Source: a candidate division WOR-3 bacterium
GTDB lineage: Bacteria > Hydrothermota > Hydrothermia > LBFQ01
DNA: 64,000 bases
Direction: 5' to 3'
Assembly (NCBI GenBank): GCA_027050205.1
Contig: JALUCS010000097.1
Location: 17,195 to 81,194 of the forward strand
The notes beneath the pieces are model-generated. The model made no database searches. It was not told the origin of the DNA and saw only the letters and a program-made list of their open reading frames with translations. Below, piece after piece: positions 19,207 through 29,400 of the stretch. Both the position numbers and the translations under genes were made by a program. Numbering within the stretch: position 1 is the stretch's first letter; each line of letters opens with the position of its first letter.

Positions 19207-20328
19207 ATGGAAAACAAAAAGAAAAGATTGTTATTTTTTGATTACCTGAAGGGACTCTTCGTCATCTGGATGGTCCCGACCCACACCCTTGACGGCCTGA
19301 TATTCCCCGCCGTAAAGATGACATCTCTCTATAAGTCCGTGGCCTTCTTCAACGGCCTCGTGGCCCCCGCTTTCCTCGTCTCCTCCGGATTTTTGGCCGT
19401 ATATACCTACAACGACGGCAAGTTCTGGAGACGGCTTCGCAGGGGGATAGAGCTGATGGCCTTCGGGTACGCCACGCAGCTCCCGACCAAGTCCCTCCTC
19501 CTACTGCTCCTCTTCACCCTCCTCTTCGTAACCTCCTCTCTGGGGATACACCTCCACCTTCCCCTCCTACCTTCCGACTCCCCCCCGGAATGGTTCGTTA
19601 GAGGGTTGTACGTCTTCAGGAGGGTGGAGATACTGATCAGTATAGGCTCCGGCGTTCTCGTTATAACCACTATTTTGAGGTTGGTTAGCTCTCCGAGGGC
19701 GAGGTTCGCCGTCTTCCTACCCCTCGCCTTGGCCTTCTGGTTAATGACGCCCTGGGTCTGGAGGTGGGGGAAGGGCCTCCCCCTCTTCATCGCCCCCTAC
19801 TTCACCCGCGAGGGTTCCCTCTTCCCCGTGTTTCCCTACTGGGGGTATATGTTCTTCGGCTCCGCTCTCGGTAGCGCCTACGCCTTCAATAGGAGGATGA
19901 TGTTCCTCTTAATGCTCCTGCCCGTATTCGCCGTCGCCCTGACGGTCTTCGTACCCTATCCCCCGTCCGAAGGGGCCTTTTACAACATCCTCGTCAGGGT
20001 GGGGACCCTGATGCTCATCCTCTTCGTCCTCATCGCCGCCGAGGGCTTCGGGGTACATTCCGAGTTTCTGGCTATGCTCGGCCGCAACTCCCTTATGTCC
20101 TACGCCTTCCACAACGCCATCGTCTACGGCTCCCCCTTCACCAGGCCACTGACCCACTTCTACGGCCACAGGGGGTGGTTTGACTCCCTGACGGTGGGGG
20201 TCCTGATCCTCGCCGTTACGACCGTCTTCGTATATACCTGGGAGATGTTAAGAAACCGCTACGGTGCAAAACTCTCAAGAAACGTCTGGAAGTTCTTCGC
20301 GTACGTCTTCGCCCTCAACCCCTGGTGA
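19207..20328 (+). CDS. Multi-TM membrane protein, DUF1624/acyltransferase-3-like
   Basis: RLLFFDYLKGLFVIWMVPTH, FLVSSG, FPVFPYWGYMFFG and LGRNSLMSYAFH motifs; ATG 19207 preferred over GTG 19183. Confidence 0.75.
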   Translation: MENKKKRLLFFDYLKGLFVIWMVPTHTLDGLIFPAVKMTSLYKSVAFFNGLVAPAFLVSSGFLAVYTYNDGKFWRRLRRGIELMAFGYATQLPTKSLLLLLLFTLLFVTSSLGIHLHLPLLPSDSPPEWFVRGLYVFRRVEILISIGSGVLVITTILRLVSSPRARFAVFLPLALAFWLMTPWVWRWGKGLPLFIAPYFTREGSLFPVFPYWGYMFFGSALGSAYAFNRRMMFLLMLLPVFAVALTVFVPYPPSEGAFYNILVRVGTLMLILFVLIAAEGFGVHSEFLAMLGRNSLMSYAFHNAIVYGSPFTRPLTHFYGHRGWFDSLTVGVLILAVTTVFVYTWEMLRNRYGAKLSRNVWKFFAYVFALNPW

Positions 20329-20331
20329 GGA

Positions 20332-20349
20332 GGGGGGCCGAAGCCCCCC
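20332..20349. terminator. Hairpin between convergent genes (possible bidirectional terminator)
   Basis: GGGGGGC-CGAA-GCCCCCC. Confidence 0.5.
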
Positions 20350-20355
20350 GTATCC

Positions 20356-21672
20356 TCACAGCATACCGTAGTAGGTGTTTATCTCGTAGTCCGTTACGGC
20401 CGTCCGGAAGTTGTCCCACTCAACGAGTTTGTTCTCCACCAACTTTGAGAACATCGGCTCGCCGAGGGCCTCCTTGAGGATGGGTTTCCTCTGGGCGAGG
20501 TCTATGGCCTCCTTGAGGGAGGAGGGGAGGGAGCCGATCTTGAGGCGGCGGCGTTTGGACTCCGTCATACGGTAGATGTCCAGCTCAACGGGTGGAGGTA
20601 GGGGAGTACCCTCCTCAACGCCCTTGAAGCCAGCGGTGAGGATGGAGACGAAGGCGAGGTAGGGGTTGGTCCCCGGATCTGGGGAGCGCAGCTCTATGCG
20701 AGCGGAGGAGGGTTTCTTGAAGGCCGGGACCCTCACGAGGGCCGACCTGTTGGACCTGCCCCAGGAGATATAGACGGGGGCCTCGTACCCGACGACGAGC
20801 CTCTTGTAGGAGTTCACCCACTGGTTGAGGACGAGGGTTATGTACCGGACGTTGGAGAGGAGGCCTCCGAGGAAGTGTTGGGCGAACTCCGAAAGCTGGT
20901 ACTCGTGGGAGCCGTCGTAGAAGAGGTTCTCACCGTCCTTCCATACCGACATATGGAGGTGGAGTCCGCTACCGTTGACACCGAAGATGGGTTTGGGCAT
21001 AAAGGAGGCGTAGAGGCCGTGCTTACGGGCCACCTCCTTCACTATCATCTTGGATATCTGGAGGATGTCCGCAGCCCGGAGGGCGTCGGCGTAGCGGAAG
21101 TCTATCTCGTGCTGGCTCGGTGCCACCTCGTGGTGGGAGGCCTCAACCTCTATGTCCATCTCTCTAAGTATCTTCACGGTCTCCTCCCTCGCCAGGGTCG
21201 GCCTGTAGGAGGGCAAGAGGTCAAAGTATCCGGCGCTATCAAGGAGGGAAGGGGCCTCGGTGCTTCCGAAGTAGAAGAACTCCAACTCCGGGCCGACGTA
21301 GTACGCGTAGCCCTCTTTGGCTAGCTCTGTCAGTTTTCTCTTTAGGATACCGCGGGGGTCCCGCGGGAAGGGTTGGCCGTCGGGGGTCAAGATGTCGCAC
21401 ACTATGTAGGCCGTCTTCAGGCCACTCACCTCCGGAGGGGCTACGAAGATAGCATCGGGATCCGGTTTGGCTATAAGGTCGGACTCCTCTATCCGCACGA
21501 AGCCCTCAACGGAGGACCCGTCAAAGACTATCCCCTCGTTGAAGGCCCTTTCCACCTCGGCCACGCTTAGGTTGAACCCCTTCAGGCGGCCGAGGATATC
21601 CGTAAAGACAAGGGTCGCTATATCCACCTTCTCCCCCTTTACGAGGGCGATGGCTTCTTCTACCGTTCTCAT
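20356..21672 (-). CDS. glnA: Glutamine synthetase type I
   Basis: FDGSSVEG, GPELEFF, HHEVAPSQHEI, MPKP...NGSGLHLH, GYEAP and ELRSPD motifs. Confidence 0.96.
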   Translation of the reverse strand: MRTVEEAIALVKGEKVDIATLVFTDILGRLKGFNLSVAEVERAFNEGIVFDGSSVEGFVRIEESDLIAKPDPDAIFVAPPEVSGLKTAYIVCDILTPDGQPFPRDPRGILKRKLTELAKEGYAYYVGPELEFFYFGSTEAPSLLDSAGYFDLLPSYRPTLAREETVKILREMDIEVEASHHEVAPSQHEIDFRYADALRAADILQISKMIVKEVARKHGLYASFMPKPIFGVNGSGLHLHMSVWKDGENLFYDGSHEYQLSEFAQHFLGGLLSNVRYITLVLNQWVNSYKRLVVGYEAPVYISWGRSNRSALVRVPAFKKPSSARIELRSPDPGTNPYLAFVSILTAGFKGVEEGTPLPPPVELDIYRMTESKRRRLKIGSLPSSLKEAIDLAQRKPILKEALGEPMFSKLVENKLVEWDNFRTAVTDYEINTYYGML

Positions 21673-21683
21673 AGTTGCTCTCC

Positions 21684-22460
21684 TTACTTGAGACCGAAGA
21701 GCCTCTTGGGGTTCTCCACCATAACCTTCTCTATCATCGGGAGGTAGTGTCCACTGACCTCAAGGTCGTACAAAACTTCGGGCAGGACGGTGGGGTTGTG
21801 TGCGAAGGCGTCCAGGTTGGACGTCAGGAGTACCCTGTCTATGGGGTAATCGCCCCGCAGGATGCTTTCGGGCAAAGACTCCACGAACGGCCTATCCGGA
21901 AAGAGGGAGAAGCAGAACCAGTAGGGCCTGTCCGACAGCTCCAATACGATGGAGGGGGTTACGTTGTTGAGTACGACGAGCGAGGGAGATAGATCCACCT
22001 CCCTTATGAGTTTCTCTATCCGCTTTAGGGCATGCTTCCTGTTCTCCTCCGGGAGGTCTATGAATATCGGCTTGTTGAACTTCCGGGCCAACTCCATCTG
22101 GAGCTTCAGGGTCTCAAGCTGGAGTAGGTCGTTGTACTCGCTCAATCCCGTCTCACCTATGGCTACGACGAATCCGAACTGGAGGTACTCGGCGAGGTAA
22201 TCCATCAGAGGGAACGGGTCCCTTATGCCGGAAGCGTGGGATATCCCTATAGCGAGGTAGGCCTTAAGGCCGGTAGACTCCACCCTCCCCTTCTCCACCC
22301 TGATGAACCGCTCCAAACGGTCCACGTAGGAGGAGGTACTGGAAAAGCGGTAGTAGGGTTTGAAGAAGGAGACGACCTCCCTGACCCCCATCAAGGCCAT
22401 CTGTCGGAGGTCGTAGATGGATAGACCTTCAGTGTGAATGTGGGCATCTACGAAACGCAT
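21684..22460 (-). CDS. TatD-related TIM-barrel metal-dependent hydrolase (COG1099-like), partly degenerate
   Basis: DAHIH and AIGETGL present; TACAAT 5 nt before the ATG; 11 bp upstream of glnA. Confidence 0.75.
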   Translation of the reverse strand: MRFVDAHIHTEGLSIYDLRQMALMGVREVVSFFKPYYRFSSTSSYVDRLERFIRVEKGRVESTGLKAYLAIGISHASGIRDPFPLMDYLAEYLQFGFVVAIGETGLSEYNDLLQLETLKLQMELARKFNKPIFIDLPEENRKHALKRIEKLIREVDLSPSLVVLNNVTPSIVLELSDRPYWFCFSLFPDRPFVESLPESILRGDYPIDRVLLTSNLDAFAHNPTVLPEVLYDLEVSGHYLPMIEKVMVENPKRLFGLK

Positions 22461-22998
22461 AGGCTATTGTACGGGCGAAAGGGAGGGAGTTGAAAGGGGA
22501 GATAAAGGGTAAATAACGAACTTTATTGAAAATTTCGGAGTTTTCATAAAAACGCAAGGACTGTGGGCAGCAAAAACTACCAACGGGAGGTGTTCGGGCG
22601 GGGACGACCGTAAATTCGGGTTGCCGGCTCCCGTTAGCATCTCTTCGGTATTTGGCGTATGGGGTGATGCGTTCTCTGTGAATTTCCGTCAATTGCGTCC
22701 CGTACTCATTGAGTATGGGATGTGGCTCAAGATTTATCCCGGAACCCTTTGACTACACCCTATCGGGATCCAGAAGATGAATTTTTGTAGGATTTTTCCC
22801 CGATATATGCGACTTCCGGATTTTCAAAGGGTGTTGGGTTGGGTGATGGATACTGCGTAAATGCGATCAACATAGATAAATCGTGCAAAGGGCATCCTTG
22901 CACCTCCGTCCCTTCACAGGAGAACGTCGCCTTAGTTTGAACATCAACGTTCAAAACTTCTAAAGTTTTCCTTTAATTCCGATGTAAAATTTAAAAAT

Positions 22999-24504
22999 AT
23001 GCTCTATATGATAGGCAGGATAGCCATATCCCCTTTGGAGATCCCAACCCCCGCCGTTGAGAGGCGGGCGGAGTTGCCCCCCGACAGCACCATCCACCTG
23101 AACACCCTCACCTTCAACCGTACCTTCGTATGCAACCCCTTAGGTGGCACACTTACGATAGTGACTGACAGGTACGACGTCCTCCACGACATAGATGGCA
23201 ACGGCCTCGTAGATATTCCCTTCACGGCGTCGGAGGGGGACCCTTGGGGTGGATCCCCCTGGCCGGGGTACGCGTACGTGGCCTTCCAGACCTCACCGGA
23301 CAGTTTCTCCTGTCAGGCGGTCTCCAACCGCCACAACGACCCCTACGGCATCTCCGTTGGCGACTTCAACGGGGACGGCAGGCCGGACCTCGTATTCGCC
23401 GCAGCCTTGGACAACGCCACCTTCACCTTGAGGAACGACGGGGGATGGGCCTTCACCGAACGGAGGATCGGCTTCGGCGGTGGCTTCCCCAATCACCTCG
23501 CCGTCCGGAACGTAGACGCTGGCCCCGGTGCCGAGGTGCTATATACGGACGAGTATTACTACCTCTACCTCTACTCCTACGCTGACGACTCCCTAACCGT
23601 CCTGAATACCTCTTGTAAAGAGGGGTTGGCCGTTGAGGACCTGAACGGCGACAGCGAGCAGGACATAGTGTGCGGTACGGGGAACACCGTAGCAAACGGC
23701 CACATCATCTACCAGATAAGGACGGACACCTCGTGGTCCAGCCCACACTACGTCACCTCCACCCCCCACCACTACCACGGTGTAAAGGCCGCCGACATAA
23801 ACGACGACGGTAGGGTGGATGTGGTTTCGTGCGTAGGTTCTACGGTCTACGTATGGTACAACAACGGTGGTACCTACCCGACCTTCACCGAAAGGTACCA
23901 CACCATAGCGACCTCCGGGGTATCCATAGGGTGTGAGGTCACCGTCGCCGACCTCGATTGCGATGGCGATGGGGACATAGTTTGGACCCAAGGGATAGGC
24001 GGGGCCGCCCCCTCCGTGGTCGTCCTCATAAACGACGGCTCCACCCCTTACCCCGACTTCATCGTCCAACCCTTGGAACCTGCGACCCACGCCGTTTACG
24101 GCGTCGCCGTCGGCCTCGTAAACGGAGACCTCAAGGCCGATATAGTGGTCGGTCTGGACGCCGCCCTGTACATCTATTACAACACCTCCCCCATAGACGA
24201 CTCCCACTGCGACCCCCTTGGCTTGAGAGACGGGGAGCTGACCGTAGGTGAGAGGAAGGTTGAGCCTATACCCACCGTCGCCGACTTCAGGGTTGAGGGA
24301 CGTACGGCTATACTTGAGCTGACGGCTCCCTCCAAGGGGATGGAGTACGCCCTCTACGAGGTGAGCGGTAGGTTAGTGCGGAGGGGTAAGGCCGAGGGTA
24401 TGGATCTACGGCTTGAGGTACCGAGGAGCGGGACGTACTTCCTGAAGGTACGGTACGACCGGGGCCACTTGGACTACTTCTCCAAGGCCTTCGTCGTGAG
24501 GTAG
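22999..24504 (+). CDS. FG-GAP/VCBS-repeat protein with T9SS type A-like C-terminal sorting domain
   Basis: Repeated GDFNGDGRPD/ADINDDGRVD/ADLDCDGDGD; C-terminus LYEVSGRLV...GTYFLKV...KAFVVR. Confidence 0.85.
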   Translation: MLYMIGRIAISPLEIPTPAVERRAELPPDSTIHLNTLTFNRTFVCNPLGGTLTIVTDRYDVLHDIDGNGLVDIPFTASEGDPWGGSPWPGYAYVAFQTSPDSFSCQAVSNRHNDPYGISVGDFNGDGRPDLVFAAALDNATFTLRNDGGWAFTERRIGFGGGFPNHLAVRNVDAGPGAEVLYTDEYYYLYLYSYADDSLTVLNTSCKEGLAVEDLNGDSEQDIVCGTGNTVANGHIIYQIRTDTSWSSPHYVTSTPHHYHGVKAADINDDGRVDVVSCVGSTVYVWYNNGGTYPTFTERYHTIATSGVSIGCEVTVADLDCDGDGDIVWTQGIGGAAPSVVVLINDGSTPYPDFIVQPLEPATHAVYGVAVGLVNGDLKADIVVGLDAALYIYYNTSPIDDSHCDPLGLRDGELTVGERKVEPIPTVADFRVEGRTAILELTAPSKGMEYALYEVSGRLVRRGKAEGMDLRLEVPRSGTYFLKVRYDRGHLDYFSKAFVVR

Positions 24505-24611
24505 GGGACCGCCCTCCAACGGGTTTGACGGGAAGGTTCCATTCGCTGTATCACTTTTCAGAGTATTCGTGTAAATGTGAGACACTTTTATTCGGACGTT
24601 TTAAGGTAAAA

Positions 24612-25928
24612 TTATCCCAACCCGTACAGGAGGGCCGCGACGGAGAAGAGGAAGGCGGAGGCGAGGGTCAGGAGGGTTAAAAGGCTCTCCTTGGACAGGC
24701 CGAAGCTCCTGAAGGCCCAGAAGAGGACGGCGAAGGTGTTGGCTATGGAGACGGCGTAGGCTATGCCCGTCGCCCCAAGGAGGCGGGAGAGGGGGAAGAC
24801 GAGGAGGAGGTCGGTTAGGGTGGAGATGACGAGGCCGACGTTGGCCTCCCTTCTCTTAAAGATGGCGAACAGGTAGGACAGATAGACAGAAGATAGTGCG
24901 TAGGCCGGTATGGTGGGGACGTAGCCGAGGAGTACCCGGAAGGTGTTGTGGGCGTCCGCAGGTGTGAACCTCCCCCTGACGAAGGCCACCTCTATGAGGA
25001 GCTGCCCGAAGAGGACGTAGGTCAGGGCGACGCCAAGGGTGATGAGGGAGACGAAGACGATGCCCTTCCAAGTATGCTCCCGTGCGTGCCGGTCGTCCTC
25101 CGCGACACTCTTGGCCAACACCGTACCCGTCGCCACCCCGAAAAGGCCCTGCGGGAGGTGGATGAGGCGAAAGGCGTAGTTCAGGTAGGCGAGGGAACCG
25201 GTGGGGAGGAAGGAGGCGACTACGGCGTTTATCAGGGTGGAGGTCTGGAGGAAGCCCGTGTTTAGGCTCATAGAGAACCAGTTCTTCAGGAACTCCCTTA
25301 TGGCCGGGTGGCGGAAGTTCGGCCTATCGTATTTCTCCCAAGCGAAGGGGAGGAGGAAGAGGAACTGGAGGGCGGTACCGAGGGTGAAGGCGGCCGCTCC
25401 GAGGATGGGCCACCGGTGGGCGAAGAGGAGTAATAGGATGTTTCCGACGTTGAAGAAGACGGGCGACACCCCCGTAATGAAGAACCGCCCCTTCGTGTTC
25501 AGGATGCCCATAGAGATGGCGGCGGCGCTTATGAAGAGGAGGGAGGGGAAGGTGATGCGTACCCCAAGGACGGTAAAGGCAAACTTATCCGGGTCGGATG
25601 CGAAACCCGGCACTATGACCTTAACGACGAGGGGAGCCAAGAGGATGCCGAGGGGGACGACGACGAGGGTAGTCCCCAGGAGGATGAAGACGATAGCCCA
25701 AAGGAGGCTCCGGTCCTTCCAACGGGCTAAGACGGGGACGAAGGCGTTCTGGGATACACCCTCGGCCAGCATCCCCCGTAGCATAGTGGGGATACGTACG
25801 GCCACGACCACCGCATCGGCGTAGGGGGAGGCGCCGAGGGCGTAGGCGAAGACCAACTCCCGTACGAAACCCAAAGCCCTGCTTAGGAGGGTTCCAGCGG
25901 AGAAGGAGAGGACGGACCTTATCTTCAA
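24612..25928 (-). CDS. murJ: Lipid II flippase MurJ/MviN
   Basis: LSRALGFVRE, AVRIPTMLR..LAEG...AFVP and YAFRLIHLPQGLFG motifs; TTG 25928 (10 nt after TAGAAT) preferred over GTG 25970. Confidence 0.9.
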   Translation of the reverse strand: MKIRSVLSFSAGTLLSRALGFVRELVFAYALGASPYADAVVVAVRIPTMLRGMLAEGVSQNAFVPVLARWKDRSLLWAIVFILLGTTLVVVPLGILLAPLVVKVIVPGFASDPDKFAFTVLGVRITFPSLLFISAAAISMGILNTKGRFFITGVSPVFFNVGNILLLLFAHRWPILGAAAFTLGTALQFLFLLPFAWEKYDRPNFRHPAIREFLKNWFSMSLNTGFLQTSTLINAVVASFLPTGSLAYLNYAFRLIHLPQGLFGVATGTVLAKSVAEDDRHAREHTWKGIVFVSLITLGVALTYVLFGQLLIEVAFVRGRFTPADAHNTFRVLLGYVPTIPAYALSSVYLSYLFAIFKRREANVGLVISTLTDLLLVFPLSRLLGATGIAYAVSIANTFAVLFWAFRSFGLSKESLLTLLTLASAFLFSVAALLYGLG

Positions 25929-25993
25929 CGCCCGGCCTATTCTACGGTTGCCCTTCCGTACCCCGGACACCGCACGAGCCTATAATGGCCGGT

Positions 25994-27208
25994 ATGGAGA
26001 GGTACGACGCCGTAGTAGTCGGTGGCGGACCGGCCGGCTCAATGGCCGCCCGCAGGTTGGCCGAGGGAGGGGCGAAGACCCTCCTCCTTGAGAAGCGTCC
26101 GGAGTTCGGGCAGGTGGTACAGTGCGCCGAGGGGATCTCCCACCAGTCCCTTACCCTATACTTTGACGCAGATCCGAGGTTCATAGCCTCCGTAATAAAC
26201 GAGGCCCGCTTCTACTCCCCGGACGGGGACTTCTTCACCGTCAGGAAGGAGAGGGTAGGGTACGTCCTTGAGCGGAAGATCTTTGACAGGTACGTCGCCC
26301 AGACGGCCGCCGAGGCCGGGGCAGAGCTTCTGACCAAGGCCCACTTTACGAAGCTGGAAAGGAAGGGGGAGGGCTGGCTCGTACATTTCAAGTACGGGGG
26401 GAAGGAGGAGGTGGTGGAGGCCCGCCTCGTGATAGGGGCGGACGGACCCGGCTCCAACGTTGGGAGACAGGCCGGCTTAAAGTTGGACCTCGCCCCGGAG
26501 GACTACCACTACGCCGTTGAGTACTTCCTCGTCCATCCAGCCGTGGAGGACGGGAGGATAGACTTCTTCGTGGGGGACTGGTGCTGCTGGAAGGGGTACG
26601 GGTGGAGCTTCCCCAAGGGTGGCCACTACGGGAACGTCGGGGTCGGCGTTGCCGTTCTGCCGGAGGGGGAGTCGGCCGACCTCTACCTCAACCGCTTCGT
26701 ATCCCACTACTTCAAGGGGGCGAAGATAATGGGCAAGACCAGCAGCGTCGTCCCGGTGGGTGGCCATCGGATGCAGATATACGGGGACGGCATAATGGTG
26801 GTGGGGGACGCCGCCCGCCTCGCCGAACCCATATCGGGGGGTGGGATACCGGCCGCCCTCGTCTCCGGTAGTATCGCTGGCGAGGTGGGGGCGAAGGCCC
26901 TGAAGGAGGGGGACCTGTCCGCCAACCGCCTCAAGGAGTACCACGACCGGTTCTGGAAGGTGATAGACCGGCGGGAGTACGAGTTGGCCTACGAGATAAG
27001 GCGGATATTCCTCAAGATGAACGACGACGACCTCCGCTACATCTTCTCCAAGCTCAAGCCCCTCTTTGACGGGGTTGAGATAGATGAGATAGACGCCTTC
27101 AAGTGGGCGCGGTACATCTTCACCAAGGCCCCGGACCTCCTCCTCTTCGCCGCAAAGAAGGCTGGCCCCGCCTTCGTGGATTACCTTAGGAGGGCCGTCG
27201 GGTTATGA
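25994..27208 (+). CDS. Geranylgeranyl reductase family FAD oxidoreductase (DGGGPL reductase-like)
   Basis: VVGGGPAG, CAEGIS, LERKIFD, GADG, YGWSFPKG and GDAARLAEPISGGGI motifs; ATG 25994 is 7 nt after TATAAT. Confidence 0.85.
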   Translation: MERYDAVVVGGGPAGSMAARRLAEGGAKTLLLEKRPEFGQVVQCAEGISHQSLTLYFDADPRFIASVINEARFYSPDGDFFTVRKERVGYVLERKIFDRYVAQTAAEAGAELLTKAHFTKLERKGEGWLVHFKYGGKEEVVEARLVIGADGPGSNVGRQAGLKLDLAPEDYHYAVEYFLVHPAVEDGRIDFFVGDWCCWKGYGWSFPKGGHYGNVGVGVAVLPEGESADLYLNRFVSHYFKGAKIMGKTSSVVPVGGHRMQIYGDGIMVVGDAARLAEPISGGGIPAALVSGSIAGEVGAKALKEGDLSANRLKEYHDRFWKVIDRREYELAYEIRRIFLKMNDDDLRYIFSKLKPLFDGVEIDEIDAFKWARYIFTKAPDLLLFAAKKAGPAFVDYLRRAVGL

Positions 27209-28104
27209 TGCCGTACCTCCTCGCCGCCTCTTACGTCTCAATAGAGGTGAGACTGACGGAGATGCTCATAGGGAGGAACGTCAGCGGCTACACGGCCTCC
27301 CGCAGTGGAAGGCTCTTTGACGAGGTCAAAGGGGTCATATACGTGAGCCGCCCCAACGTATGGGTCCGACTCTCCCAGCCCTTCGCCGCCTGCTCCGACC
27401 TCAAGGCCCTCTACGATGGACAGCCGGCCGACGTGCGACTCCTGGCCTCCCCCCTCCTTGAGGGGGCAATAAACGTCCTCGCCTGGAGTCCCGACAAGCC
27501 CGACCGTATGGCCGTAGTGAGGCTGAAGACCTCCCTGAAGAGCGACACCGAGAGGTACGAGATGCCCGGCTTCAAACTGCGGCTGGAGAGGGGGAAGGTG
27601 GTCAAGAAGGACACCTCCTATACCCTCGTCGTCTCCGGAAGCCGAATAAAGTGCGAGGAGGAGGAGGTTAGGCTCTTCCCCCTTGGGAAGGCCCTGAAGG
27701 ACCCGACCTTCATATGGACGGGGCGGGAGGTATGGGTATTGGACGGCAGGGACCTCTACGCGTACCGCAAGGGCAAACTGGTAAGGCTCCGCACCTTCAA
27801 GGACGAGGTCTTTCCAACGGCCGACGGCGAGGGGACGGTGGCCTTCTACTCCTCCCGCAGGGACAGGCTCCTCATCCTCCGCTTCTCCCCCGGATACTCC
27901 TCCGTCTCCTCCACCGAACTCAAGGGCATATCCAAGGACGTCCGGGGGGAGTTCGTCTCCATCCACTCCGTAAGGGAGGTTAAGAGGGGGGAGGGGATCG
28001 GAAACTGGAGCATAATCCTGACCTTCCGGAAGGACGGAAAGCTGTACTACGTCAAGGTACGGAGGGAGGGGAAAGGCTACACCGTTGAGAGCGATGGGCC
28101 GTAG
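27205..28104 (+). CDS. Hypothetical protein, probably exported and beta-rich
   Basis: 299-aa ORF coupled to the reductase by an ATGA overlap; host-like codon usage. Confidence 0.65.
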   Translation: MMPYLLAASYVSIEVRLTEMLIGRNVSGYTASRSGRLFDEVKGVIYVSRPNVWVRLSQPFAACSDLKALYDGQPADVRLLASPLLEGAINVLAWSPDKPDRMAVVRLKTSLKSDTERYEMPGFKLRLERGKVVKKDTSYTLVVSGSRIKCEEEEVRLFPLGKALKDPTFIWTGREVWVLDGRDLYAYRKGKLVRLRTFKDEVFPTADGEGTVAFYSSRRDRLLILRFSPGYSSVSSTELKGISKDVRGEFVSIHSVREVKRGEGIGNWSIILTFRKDGKLYYVKVRREGKGYTVESDGP

Positions 28105-28683
28105 CGTAGAGTGGCTCTTGGAAACCGCCCGTTATCCTGTGGGGTATAACCGTCGGCAGGGATTGTTGTAAATTTTGACGTAAAATTATTTTTGATACAA
28201 TTTTTGATAGAAAATATGTACCAACGTATCGGAAGGTACCGGGTTTGGACTAAGGAAATGTAGGAACGTTGAGGTATGCTTCCCAAAGGCGTATTTAACA
28301 TCTTTTATGCAGGAAAATTACGATTTTATGCCTTATAACGCCAATCATTTACAACTTTTCCCGTATTTGTGTCATTTCATTAGAGAATATCCCACACAGG
28401 AATTGGTGGAATTTTTGTGATATATTTGTTTTATGTGCAGTAATTGATGGAAAATTTGTGTTATATACGAATACAGAATGACACCAAGAATGGGAAATTT
28501 TATTGTAATTTTGATGATTGCCCGCAACATTTCCAAAAATTTCGGTTCAAATTGGAACATCATTTATATTTTCCATATACAGATTAAGCGTAATTTTCTG
28601 CTACACTATAGAAGAATCTTCACATTTTCATCAAATTCTGCCCTATCAAAAGTTTCATCAGGTGGCGACACGGTGAAGGTTGG

Positions 28684-29400
28684 CTAATCGCCCCTGACCC
28701 TACGCTTCAGGAAGCGGGTAAGGACCTCGTACAGCTCCCTGACGTCCCCCCTGTCCTTCAGGGCCTCAAGGTGCTTCCTTAGGGTACCCTCGTCCCCCCT
28801 AACTATGGGGCCGGTCAGCCCCTCTAAGCCCCTTGACAGGAAGTTCCTGAAGGAAACCTCAACGAGGCGGGCGTAGTCCTCACGGGAGAGTCCGAGGGAG
28901 GCGAAGAGCTCCTCACCGGCGGTTAAGGGGGCGTATATGAGGTTGGAGACGAGGACGGCAGCGGCGTGATACAGGGGCTTTCTCTCCGGAGGTATCTCCA
29001 CCACCCTTACGGGGAGGCGGGAGACGAGGGCCTCAACCAAACGCCTCGCCCCCTCCGTTCCCTCAAACGTTACGGTTATCCCCTCCCAGAGGTGGGGGTC
29101 GGGGCGGTTGAAGGCCTGTAGGGGGTGAAACGAGAACCTCTCCGGGAAGGGTTTCAGGACGTCGGAGGTTAGCGCCCCGGAGAAGTGTCCCACCGCTCCG
29201 TACCTCCTGCCGCTCTCGTATATTCGTCTGGCCGTTGAGGATACGAAATCGTCCTTAGTGCCTATAAACAGAAGATCCGCGTCCTCCAGCTCCCCCCTAC
29301 CGCTCCTCACCTCGTAGGTCAGAACCTCAAAACCTCTACCCTTCAGGAGGAGGGCGAAGGCCCTCCCCACCTTCCCCATCCCCGCGACCTGTACCCTCAC
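28684..29400 (-). CDS. Rossmann-like/DUF2520 oxidoreductase
   Basis: GMGKVG, HFSGAL, FHPLQAF, YHAAAVLVSN and LTGPIVRGD motifs. Confidence 0.85.
   Translation of the reverse strand: MRVQVAGMGKVGRAFALLLKGRGFEVLTYEVRSGRGELEDADLLFIGTKDDFVSSTARRIYESGRRYGAVGHFSGALTSDVLKPFPERFSFHPLQAFNRPDPHLWEGITVTFEGTEGARRLVEALVSRLPVRVVEIPPERKPLYHAAAVLVSNLIYAPLTAGEELFASLGLSREDYARLVEVSFRNFLSRGLEGLTGPIVRGDEGTLRKHLEALKDRGDVRELYEVLTRFLKRRVRGD

Noticed and set aside
22582-22635. AACGGGAG/CTCCCGTT stem in the spacer before the FG-GAP gene as a riboswitch or SRP RNA
   Set aside because: No c-di-GMP, SRP, RNase P or other family consensus recognised, and the interior pairs weakly.
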